Shown here: piece by piece, positions 1-10,541 of the stretch
Position numbering within the stretch: the stretch's first letter is position 1
Layout: every line of letters starts with the position of its first letter
Assembly: GCF_006345805.1 (NCBI RefSeq)
Contig: NW_021836540.1
Location: 1 to 26,294 of the forward strand
Source: Octopus sinensis
Taxonomy: Eukaryota
Direction: 5' to 3'
DNA: 26,294 bases
The notes under the pieces: generated by a model
Databases searched by the model: none
Told to the model about the DNA's origin: nothing
What the model saw: only the letters and a program-made list of their open reading frames with translations
Position numbers and translations under genes: made by a program

Positions 1-204
1 AGCGGTCACATAGACAGATGTGCATGAAATAAAAATCCAAAATTCACAACTTTCTCACTTTACCGATTCAATAACAACGTAACCATCACTCAACGTCATA
101 ACAAAGAGCTCCATTTCATTAGAAAATTCGAACCAAGTGTAAACACCCTGGGCCAGGAACATTAAAACCATATATTGGTTGTCCAAAAAGAAAAAAAAAA
201 GGAC

Positions 205-600
205 TTCTACAGCTCTAACTACCAGTACCACAACTACTACTTCTGCAAACAACGGTCTCTGCTACTGCTGCTATTACAGCCAACGGTCACTTCCATTTCT
301 AATACCACCACTACTACTACTACTACCACTACTACTACCACTACCACTACTACTACTATAGCCAATGAACTACTGCTACAACTCCAACCACCATGGTTAC
401 TACTACTACTACTACTACATACCAACTGTCACTTCCACTGCTGCTGCTACTACTACTACAGCCAATGAACTGCTGCTACAACTCCAACCACCACCACCAC
501 AACAACAACCACGGTCACTACTATTACTACTACGACCAACGGTCTCTGCTACTACTGCTATTACGGTCAACGGCCACTTTCACGATTACAGCCAACGATT
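205..600. repeat. Degenerate (ACT/CCA/GCT)n trinucleotide array with internal duplicated blocks
   Basis: CAACGGTC(A/T)CT recurs, and GCCAATGAACT(A/G)CTGCTACAACTCCAACCACCA occurs at ~361 and ~460. Confidence 0.85.
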
Positions 601-857
601 CTAGTCAACGCACAGGACAGCCATTATGCTTCCCCCACAATACACCACCACGTGGATTCTGTTGAGACCAGTAAGAAACAATTATGAACTTTTTTATTAC
701 ACTTATCTTTTAAAATTATTTTTGATAAGGTTCGCTTTTTCAAGAAGAACAGAAACATGTAAAATCTCTAAGAAAATTAAGATTTATCTTATATTAGTGG
801 TGTTTTCAAACTTCTTTTTTATAAATATATACCCACTCGTATGCCACCCATACTTTT

Positions 858-889
<32 letters not shown>

Positions 890-1409
890 CGTACACGTAT
901 TATTATTATTATTGGCTAAGTTTGTAATGAATATCATTCTGAACAAGACATCTCCAAACAGCTTTGAGTTGCAATAAAGAAATAAGGCTTCTGAATGCAA
1001 CCAGATGTAATTAAATTCAGCAAAAAACATTTTTCACACAAATTTACCCGCATCTTTTCTCTATTTCCATTCTCTCTCTCTCTTTTTTAATTAAAGATAA
1101 CCAAAACAATTATGTAAAAAATTAATTAATCTAAATTATTCCATTAATTCATTTACATGATAAGCATTTTTATTTTGTTTATATTTTGATGTTGGTGAGA
1201 AGAGAGTTTTTAAAAAACCCTGCAATGGAAACAAACTTAAAACATGAGAGAACTTTCAACTTTTAATGAATTCCATGAGTGAGCTGGGGCCATACTGGAG
1301 CACCATTTTCATGGGGTTTACACCAGTCTTATCAAAATGGATCCTAGTTTCAAATCGGTACTTGTTTTCTTGATCACTGTTTATCGAGCTGTTACATCAT
1401 GATATTAAA

Positions 1410-1597
1410 CAGTGGTTCTCAAACGAGGTCCATACGACCCTTCGGGGGGGGGGGCGGTCCATGTAACCCTTGAGATCCAAACAAGATTCTGCTGTTAAAA
1501 CTGATACGTAATAATCCGGTTATACTTCTACACAAAATATTTCAGCAGATTTATTGTACACTTCTCAATAATATATTGTTATTCAGTGATTTGATTG
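1410..1597. mobile_element. Possible truncated hAT-type MITE end
   Basis: CAGTGGTTCTCAAAC at 1410-1424 is typical of hAT/Charlie TIRs. No partner TIR was found. Confidence 0.25.
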
Positions 1598-1770
1598 CGG
1601 CCATGCTGTAGCACAGCCTTAAAGGACTTTAGTCGAAGAAAATGACCCCATGACTTATTCTTAGCAAGACTAGTACTTTTGCCGTACCGCTAAGTTACAG
1701 AGACCTAAACATACGAGTATCGGTTGTCAAGCGATGCTGGAAGGACAAACACAGACACACACACAAATAT
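1598..1770. repeat. Fragment of a high-copy octopus-type SINE-like interspersed repeat
   Basis: GCGGCCATGCTG..TTTAGTCGAAGAAAATGACCCCATGACTTATT..CCGCTAAGTTAC..TCGGTTGTCAAGCGATG..GGACAAACACAGACAC. It shares TTTAGTCGAA..TGACCCCA.GACTTATT and CCGCTA.GTTACAG with 19455-19535 in this window. Confidence 0.65.
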
Positions 1771-2404
1771 ATAAACTTTATTTTGACTACAGTTTCAAGT
1801 GTTTATTATTATTCAATTTCAAGTATTTATTGTAGCCAGATCCCATTTCTGACCAGCAAAATAAAGTCAGTAAGGCGAACAAACAACAAACTCGATGCCT
1901 TTGGACTCTGATTCGGATTGTTTTTTCCCCATGTTTCCCTATTGTTTTTTCCCTATTTGCTAATAATGTCGTATCATTCACACACCATAGAACTTCATTA
2001 ATTTCTTCCTTCCTCCTTTTTCTTCCTTTAAATTGGTTGTAGAATAACATAATCATTCTCTATGCTTTCCCTTTACTGATGGAGGTAATTAATTAAGATT
2101 CACTGCGAGCCATAGAGCGAAAAATATTCAAATTAAAACAAAAATTCATTTAAATTTTAGATTTAGTAGTTTTGCAATTTTCTCGATAATCACTATTAAC
2201 AGTTTCCATTGCTATCCGTGAAAGATCATTGTCCATAACAGTGGATCGTGTAATTATATTTGATTCTACTTTCGATCTAAAAGCTTTCAAGCAAAGTTAT
2301 CGATTTTTATGACTTCATCAATTGATCCGCTATCAATACGCTGCAATGAATTCCTTGTAAAGATAAGAAGAATAGATGAGTCTGTGGCTGGCTTTGTCTT
2401 TGTT

Positions 2405-2762
2405 TTATTTCTATTTGTTTTATATTGTACGTACGTATGTATGTATGTATGCGTTTATGTATGTATGTATTTATGTATGTAAGAATGCATGTATGTATAT
2501 AGGCATGTATGTATTTATGTATGTAGGTAGGTATGTATGCATGAATGTAAGTATGTACGCTAATACGCTAATATAAAACGTATTGGTGGATAAATATACT
2601 TTGTGGGTTAACGGACTATGAATGGTTTCATATAAAGATGAACCTCTCAAAAGTTATCAAGCTTGTCTCATTAAAACGTTGGCACTCTCCTCTTATATAT
2701 ATACATACATGTAAACATATAGATAGATAGATAGATAGAGAAAGAGAGAGAGAGAGAGAGAC

Positions 2763-2822
<60 letters not shown>
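2405..2822. repeat. (TATG)n, (TAGA)n and (GA)n microsatellites
   Basis: Read directly from the sequence at 2405-2560 and 2720-2822. Confidence 0.95.
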
Positions 2823-2823
<1 letters not shown>

Positions 2824-4406
2824 CCTAAAATAAAGTGTTTAATCTTAAATAAGCGGGGATATACACACATGGCGTAAAGTATTTAGTACTTTTCAAATAG
2901 AGTTCATGTACACGCGTAGAAGAAATTTATTTCTCATCGGGGAATAAAAGGTATACACTAATTGGATTTAGAGAGCCTGTAAATTAAGCATTACTGATCA
3001 GGATATTGTGATATTCTTTCATTGCCAAAAGGTTTTGACAGTAATTAATAACGATCTAACATTGGGTCATGTAGTCAGTTCTTCGACTTGGTAGCAATGC
3101 CAACTCGTCTCTCTGAAACCTCTTCAAATTGTCTTAAGGAAGGATGATTCACTGGATGAAATTTGTTCTGTGATATAATGAAAGATGCGATGGTCATGGT
3201 GGGGAATTTTCGTTATAGATCTGCCAGATCAGAACTGGCGGGGTGGGCGATTAAGCAACACTAATGGTACTAACAATGTCTGTGTAAAATAGCAACTCTT
3301 TGGAAGTGAACCCTGGCCATAGACGCTACTTCACGGCAACTTACCTTTTGCATAAAGGCCCTCGCCACAATTGCTTTCAGAACACCACGATACAACACCT
3401 CCTAGAATACGATATGAAGTTTTGATATAACTCCCCTTAGGACGTAGGGCCATCAGCGTCTGTATCCAATAAGGCAATTTATACGAAGTTTCGTGATCTG
3501 TTATGACTAATAGCCAAATTTTCATATCATTGCCAACCGTTTCAAAGACTAGGCATATCATGTAATGTCGTTATAAAAAGGACAACATCACATTCCAGCT
3601 TTGCCGATAGAGATTTTCAAAGGGTGTCAGCATAGCTGGGATAAACTGTTAGGTGTCGGGGTTTGAACAGGTTTAAACAATGGCAATATTGGTTTGTGGT
3701 CACTCCGTAAGACAGAAATAGCAGTCAAATTCCGTTTAAACTTCAAGTTACCCTCTCAAAAACAGATGACAGTTCGATAATATATTCTTCGAGGATTTGT
3801 CAAAAATTACGAAAGATCAGATTGTGATGGTAGAAATGGCGAGGTGTTTCGAACTAACCTGAGTTTAAGCAACAACGCTGTGGCGATAATATTGAATGAT
3901 ATAAGATTTTTGTTATAAGTGTTGCTGTTATTTGATCCAGGATCCGCCTTGTTGAAGCAGACATAATTAATGGCATTTCAGCTCGTGTCTCCTGCTATCT
4001 TAGCCAATATGTCCGTCCAATTTTGAAGACGTTAAAGCATGATTTGATAACATTTGATCGCTGTCTCAAGGAAGTTCGAGCGATTAAGGAGTGAGACTCT
4101 CGAAAGATGCATAAAACATCTTATTACGTCTAGCTTGTTCTACAAACTTCTATTGCTCCATCTCTTGGTTTCTGTACTGCATCCTCCTACAATCTTCTCT
4201 CGCCTCCATTTTCTATTCTGCTGACTTCTCCTTCAATAGATTGAAAACTTCAACCGATGCGACTCAGATTTACTGAACTTCTAACCTTAAACGAACGTGT
4301 TTTTGTATTTTCTCCGAAGTATTTTGCTAACTTTATAAACTAGTATACTTTATTGTAGAGAAATAGAGAAAGAGAGGCAGAAAAAAAGGGAAAGAGAGAT
4401 AAAGGA

Positions 4407-4409
<3 letters not shown>

Positions 4410-4456
<47 letters not shown>

Positions 4457-5489
4457 GAATTGTCGGTCAGCCGCAGTAGATTATTTCCTTCATATTAACT
4501 TTTTCTATTATTTATCTTCAGAAACATTGAGTATCAAAGAGCAATTACTAAACATCTTAGACTTCACCAGAAAACGAAAGTTATTCTTGCAGTAAGCAAT
4601 CAGATTTTAAAATACGATAAACGTGGGCGGATAATTCATAGAAATTACTGGAAACCTAATCATAGATATTGCATGATTTTTACAGAGAAATGGTGCAATG
4701 CTTAACTTTTAACTTGGCTTCCAAGCCTCAATTGTTTCCTTTCCTTCTGTTAAATGTTTCAGAAAATATCTTCAGAAACATGGAATCTCTAAGAGGAATT
4801 GTAAATGGTTTTAGAAGCGAGGCATACATCAAAGACTTCATATTAAAAAAGAGATGATAGGGAATTGTGATAAATATGTATTTGATAAACACTCAACCAC
4901 ATACACATCCAATTATTGATTGCAGAGGAATTTAGAAAATCCTTTACTGCGGCGGCGAAAGTCTGAGACCAATCGTATATGCAAAAATATACATACATAC
5001 ATACATACATATAGATATCTATTGACACACATATATATGTATATATGTGTATACAAATATATCTTTGTTTATATATATATATTATATATATATATATATA
5101 TATATTATTATATATATATAATATATATTATAAAAGTTATTTTATTCCACACGGTAGAAATATGGGGACAAAAGAAGTTGAAAATGCACTGAGAATACAT
5201 AAAATATTTTTATTATTATACTTAAAGATTTAACTGTTTTCGCATTTCACACTGAGTTTCAAAACGTTGAAATCGAAAGATGTGTCTCGAATTAGTCCAG
5301 GAAATCCCTATCAAAATAAGTCGAACTTCAAACATTAGTCAGAAGCAAGACAGCTGCGACATAAGCCACGTCTTTCTATTTCAAATTTTTGAAAATCAGT
5401 GGAAACTGTGAAACCGGTTAAGCTTTAAATGTATTAATAATAAAAATATTTTTAAATTCTCGGTGCATTTTTCAACTTCTATTTTTCAT

Positions 5490-5562
<73 letters not shown>

Positions 5563-5749
5563 GAGTGGTGTGTGTGTGTGTGTGTGTGTGTATTCTTTTG
5601 ATTTCGGAATTGAATTTTTTTTAGCTGAGGAGATGAACGAGATACGAACGACGAGTATGTTCATTTATCGACCAAATGCACATCCTTGAGTTTTCTTTTG
5701 CTTCTCTGATCATACTTATTAACACACTTATACACACACAAACATATTG

Positions 5750-5792
<43 letters not shown>

Positions 5793-5916
5793 GGGGATAT
5801 ATATATATATATACATACATATATTATACATAGATATATATAATTATACATACATATTATACATATATATATATATACTACATATATATACTATATATAT
5901 ATATATATATACATAC

Positions 5917-5957
<41 letters not shown>

Positions 5958-6009
5958 TATATATACATACATATATATACATATATATATATATATATTA
6001 TATAAATAC
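4410..6009. repeat. Cluster of (AG)n, (TA)n, (CATA)n, (CA)n, (TG)n and (CT)n microsatellites
   Basis: Tracts at 4410-4453, 4985-5130, 5490-5590, 5752-5790 and 5800-6009. Confidence 0.9.
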
Positions 6010-6812
6010 AGTCCCCCCTTTCCCCCCCCCCTTTTTGCTCCCTCCTCCATTATTTTCTCTCTTTTCTTCTATTCCCTTCTCTATTCTTGGCCGCTCTAGA
6101 AAGCCCTTCAGCCTTTAAGAGTTAAATAGCTACAGCCTCTTGTGAATAGCAGTAATGTGATTAATATGGCAAACACCTAATCATATAACAAGTATTGGTA
6201 CCTACCTCATTGTGTTCAACCATTGTAAAATTTATCGCCTGTGAATATGAAATTCATCTCCATTTCTCTGGAAATTTACATCTACACCATTGGAATCTGT
6301 GCATATATACAAAGGATTAATTCACCCTCTCTGTAATGCTAATAACAATGGATAAATTTGTCTTCTGTGAGTATATAATCCCTCATCATATCTATGGAAA
6401 TTCATATGGATTAGGTCACCTTTCTGTGATGCTATCAAAACTTTTTTAAAATCTGTGATAAGACTGTACATCATCTTTAATGAACTTTAATGAACTTTAG
6501 AAATCTGTTTAATTATCTACATTACTTCATGAGTATAGCCTCAAACACTAGGATGTCTAGAGAACTTACATGTATTTTAGCTGATGAGTACGGGACTCGT
6601 TTATATGCTGTAATCTTTGCAACTTTTAATAAAACCTGTCCTTGTATGAAACGATCGTACTAAAAACCTATCCATTCTTGTTGCTTCTTTCTCGCTTATA
6701 ATCACCCCACATTACTGTATTGTTAAATCAGTATAGTTTTTTTTGGTGCATCTGAGTTAGGTACCATATTCAAGTAAATTTTTTTAAATTAACTTGAATC
6801 TTTATTGCTCTT
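6010..6812 (+). repeat. 5' pseudo-LTR (direct repeat copy 1)
   Basis: Runs from AGTCCCCCC to TTTATTGCTCTT. By eye it matches 10542-11341 with about 3-4 substitutions (e.g. CCGCTC/CCGATC, AAGTATT/AAGGATT, TCTGAG/TCTAAG) and about 6-7 small indels, mostly in homopolymers. Confidence 0.95.
6575..6665 (+). ncRNA. Type I hammerhead ribozyme (copy 1), predicted cleavage GUA^ after 6659
   Basis: Stem I TTTTAG(6575-80)/CTAAAA(6660-65); core CTGATGA(6581-87); stem II GTACGGGAC..GTCCTTGTAT(6588-6647, one bulge, G-U pairs); GAAA(6648-51); stem III AC-GATC-GT; cleavage triplet GTA(6657-59). Confidence 0.9.
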
Positions 6813-6868
6813 TGAATATATTCCCATACAGTCTGTATGTTTTTCTGGTACTTAATTTCTCAACAAGA

Positions 6869-9699
6869 ATGGAAAAAGTAAACATTGAGTTCTCCCCTAA
6901 AGACATCCCCTTACATAGTATAGATGAATATAATTGGCTTCTCATTCATAGGATTAACGATTTCATTAGAAGAATCAGGTGGAAAACGTACCATTTTGAT
7001 GTCAAACAGAAGAAGAAACCTCAGGAAATGAATACCGAAAAGAATTTTAGAGAATTTTTAAAAGTAGAAAAAGCCCACCTCAGAACCCATTCCTGAGAAC
7101 TTTGAGAAAGACTTGCTGAATCTTATAGATGATATTAGCTTCAATGAACACCCGTTAAGATATAACCCTCACCTAGACACCTTAGGAACTTTATTCAGTC
7201 AACCCGGTGCAAACATGGAATCCTAGTACCAGCAGATAAAACGGGTAATATGTATAGAGTTGATTACGATATTATAGCAAATTAATTAGGAAAGAACTAA
7301 ACTCCAAATATAAATTACAACTGAGAACAATTTGAAAAAAGTAAACATGGAAATGAAAGAGATCATGGAGAAACTAAATTTAACAGATAGAACGGAGCCA
7401 CTTAACCCTGTGAGCCCAGGATCAACCTTAAAGACCACAAAAAGGACTTCTTGGATAACCCTTCAGTAAGGCTGATCTGTCCAACTAAGTCGGACATTGG
7501 CCGACTTAGTAAATCTATCCTGGATACTGTTCTACCCCAAATAACCCCCCTTCTCCCCTTAAACCTATGGCTAAGTACCGACGAAGTTCTAAAATGGTTT
7601 AACTCTCTAACTAATACTAGTAGTCTGTCCTTTATTCAGTTCGATATTAATAGTTATTACTCTAGCATTTCCCCTATCTTACTCAACAAATCACTAATAT
7701 TTGCCATGAATCGCTCCCTCATAACTAGAGAAGAAATCAATATTGTGCTACTAGCTAGGAAGACATTTATTGAATTTGAAGATAAATTATGGACTAGAGC
7801 AGATACACCAAATTTTTGATATACCAATGGGTTCCAGTGATTCGGCTGAGGTAACCAACCTAGTAGGCGCATATCTATTAAAATGCATAAGCAAGGATAT
7901 CCCAGAAATACTGGGGGTCTATATAGGGATGATGCTCTGTTTGTTATCCCTAGTAATAATAAATCTGTTATAGAAAGGATTAGAAGAAAAATTAATAAGT
8001 TCTTTAAGGATTTCAACCTCAGTATAACGTATGAACCGGGCACTAAAATAGCTAATTTCCTAGATATTACCCTAGACCTTAACTCCAAGCTACATTACCC
8101 ATTTAGAAAGGAAGGCGAAGTCACGAATTACGTAAATAAATTATCAAATCATCCCCCAAATATAATAGAATCTTTAGTAAGAAATATTTCATTAAGAATT
8201 TCAAAATTATCATCCAATAAGGATATATTTAACTCCCATTCTGAGCATTATAATGCGGCGTTAACTAAGGCTGGATACAACCAAAAGATTACATTCGTTG
8301 ATAGGGAGAACTCACGTATTCCTAATAATGAAGTTATCAGTAATCACGTAAGCAGCAAAAAGACCAAGCCCGAAATAAAAGTAGAATTAAATTAACGGTA
8401 AACGCTAATCTAGAGTACAGGCCCAACAATTCAAATAGAAGCATTGACCAGAACATAGGTAACTCGGATAAGATTGAAGTAGATAAACCTAAGATGCACA
8501 CAAATAAAAATAAAAATAATGGTAATAAATACAATAACTCCGGTGAGATGAATAGTAGTAATTCTACGAACCCTAAATTTAATAAAAAAGATATATTATG
8601 GCTGAATATTCCTTTCAACTGTGCGATACAATCGGATATACAGAACAAATTCAAAGTGATTCTGGAAAAAAATTTCCCTATCTCTCATAGATATCATAGA
8701 ATTATTTCTAGGAAAACAGTTAGGATTTCTTATTCAACCCTCCCAAATATGTCCACTTTAATAGCTAAAATTAATAATAACAACATTAAACTAGCCAGGA
8801 AAGATAGAAATAAAAATAATAATATCAGAATGAATACCAATAGCAATAACAATAATACTACTAACAATAAAACAGCAATAGGAACTATCAAAACATAGGT
8901 GAAATTAGTAACCACAGAATGACTAATAACATTAACATTAATAGTAATAATAACAATGCCGATATTAATAGAAGTAATATTGTTAATAATAGAAATAATA
9001 GAAATAAGGCTAATGGAGAAAATAAGGAGAATGAAAATATCAGTGATATCTATAACAATAATATACAGTTGATAAAAAGACTAACAATAATAATAACATT
9101 ACGAATAATATAAGAAATCTTGGTAGGACTTTACACCTAAATGATGAAACGGAAGGATCAATAAATAATAACAATACTTTAGATATCAGTACCAACTATA
9201 GAAATGATAATCAAAATAATAGGAACCTTAAACATCTACCCAGGAATAATCCAAGGCCTGAAGTTGTTCCTCCTGTGTGTAAGTGTAGAATAAAATCAAA
9301 ATGCCCGGCACCTGGTCTATGTAGGGAAATAATGTAATCTATAAATGTACCATATCCACGGAGAATAACAAATATTTTTACATTGGCTGTACAATTAATT
9401 TTTTAGCCAGAGTTAGAAATCACATCTCGACTTTTAAATTACGTCATAAAGCTGGTACCACCACACTTTCAAACAAAATCTGGGAACTCAAAAATAATAA
9501 CAAAAATTATACCCTTAATTGGGAAATAGTTAGGAGAGCAATTCCGTATAAAAATAGTAGGGTTGGTTGTCAACTATGCTCCATGGAGACGTACGAAATT
9601 CTAAAGCATAGTAAACATAGAAACTTATTGAATAACCATATCGAACTAGGTCAAGTTTGTGTCCACGCTAAATTGAAGACTTTAAAATATTTTAAATGA
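6869..9699 (+). pseudogene. PLE polyprotein: reverse transcriptase plus C-terminal GIY-YIG endonuclease, frameshifted as given (about 946 aa if repaired)
   Basis: Manual translation across frames gives, in order: MEKVNIEFSPKDIP..FIRRIRWK, FEKDLLNLI, ILVPADKTGNMY, INLKDHKKDFLDNPSVRLICPTKS, RT motif A QFDINSYYSSI, motif B FDIPMGSSDSAEVTNLVG, motif C GLYRDD, NFLDITLDL, SNHPPNI, WLNIPF, ISYSTLPNM, CKCRIKSKCP..GLC, VIYKC..FYIGCT..RVRNH, CQLCSME, LLN..E..CVH, then TGA at 9697-9699. Confidence 0.92.
9270..9699 (+). CDS. GIY-YIG endonuclease domain of the PLE (missed by the ORF track)
   Basis: Frame 1 from 9328 reads NNVIYKCTISTENNKYFYIGCTINFLARVRNHISTFKLRHKAGTTTLSNKIWELKNNNKNYTLNWEIVRRAIPYKNSRVGCQLCSMETYEILKHSKHRNLLNNHIELGQVCVHAKLKTLKYFK*. 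The VIY/YIG pair and candidate catalytic R, E and N are present. A Cys-rich CKCR..CP..C segment precedes it in the adjacent frame. Confidence 0.9.
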
Positions 9700-10541
9700 T
9701 TGGAATATTCATAACTAGATAGATAGATATAACTTGATTTCTACTAGTATAGCACTGCTTTAAGTAGATAACTAAGAGTTCTCACATTACAGTTATCTTT
9801 ATCTTTTTCCTTATATCTGCATCAGTTTTTTGAGAACAGGGAAATGAATAGTACTTATTCGCTACTTAATTGAGGCTTTATTTAATTTCAAACTCACAAT
9901 TTTTAAATTCTTAATTTAAATCTTAATTGTAATATTTAATTTTAATTCCTAACTTAATCTAATTTAAATAGCATAACTCTAATAAATTATAATTAGTTAC
10001 TGTAGCCCCATAATTCTATTTCATAATTAAATAAATAAGGCTATTCCCTCGGTGATAATATGATTATCTTCATTATGATAGACAATCCCCTAACACCTTG
10101 TAAATGATCTTATAAGATTTGACCTGTAGTCAGTCAATGTATGAATAATAACGACAACTCCTTAAGACAATAAAATGAATAAATTAAATAAGTAAATTTT
10201 TAATGACTTTTTGATAAGATTATACTTAGATTTTCCTAATGTATTTTCTGGTGATTTTAGCATCTGACCCCTTAACCCCTGACTGTGTTATCTCTTTAGA
10301 TTCTCTTTAAACTCATAGCTGATTTCAACAGCAATAAATTAACGGTTTACTGGTCAAAGAATAATATTCCCTCTAGTTCCTAGATGCCTGTTGATTAAAA
10401 CCAGACTTACAGTCTACTAGCTCTTCTGTATAACTAGAACCCTCTTTTTTTCTTTCTTTTTTTCCCTTCTTTCCCTATTTCTTTCTCTTTTCTCTTTTTT
10501 TTTCTTCTTCTTATTCTCTGTTTCCTTTTCTCTTCTCTTTT

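Noticed and set aside
3000-4330. Moderately complex segment with a 76-aa minus ORF, possibly old TE debris or an exon
   Set aside because: I could not recognise any protein motif or convincing splice pattern; it needs a database search.
5620-5665. TTTTAGCTGAGGAG..CGAAC, similar to the pLTR ribozyme start
   Set aside because: It has GAAC rather than GAAA, and no stem II, stem III or stem I partner.
7657-8915. Minus-strand ORFs of 143, 105 and 61 aa
   Set aside because: They are antisense shadows of the PLE coding region.
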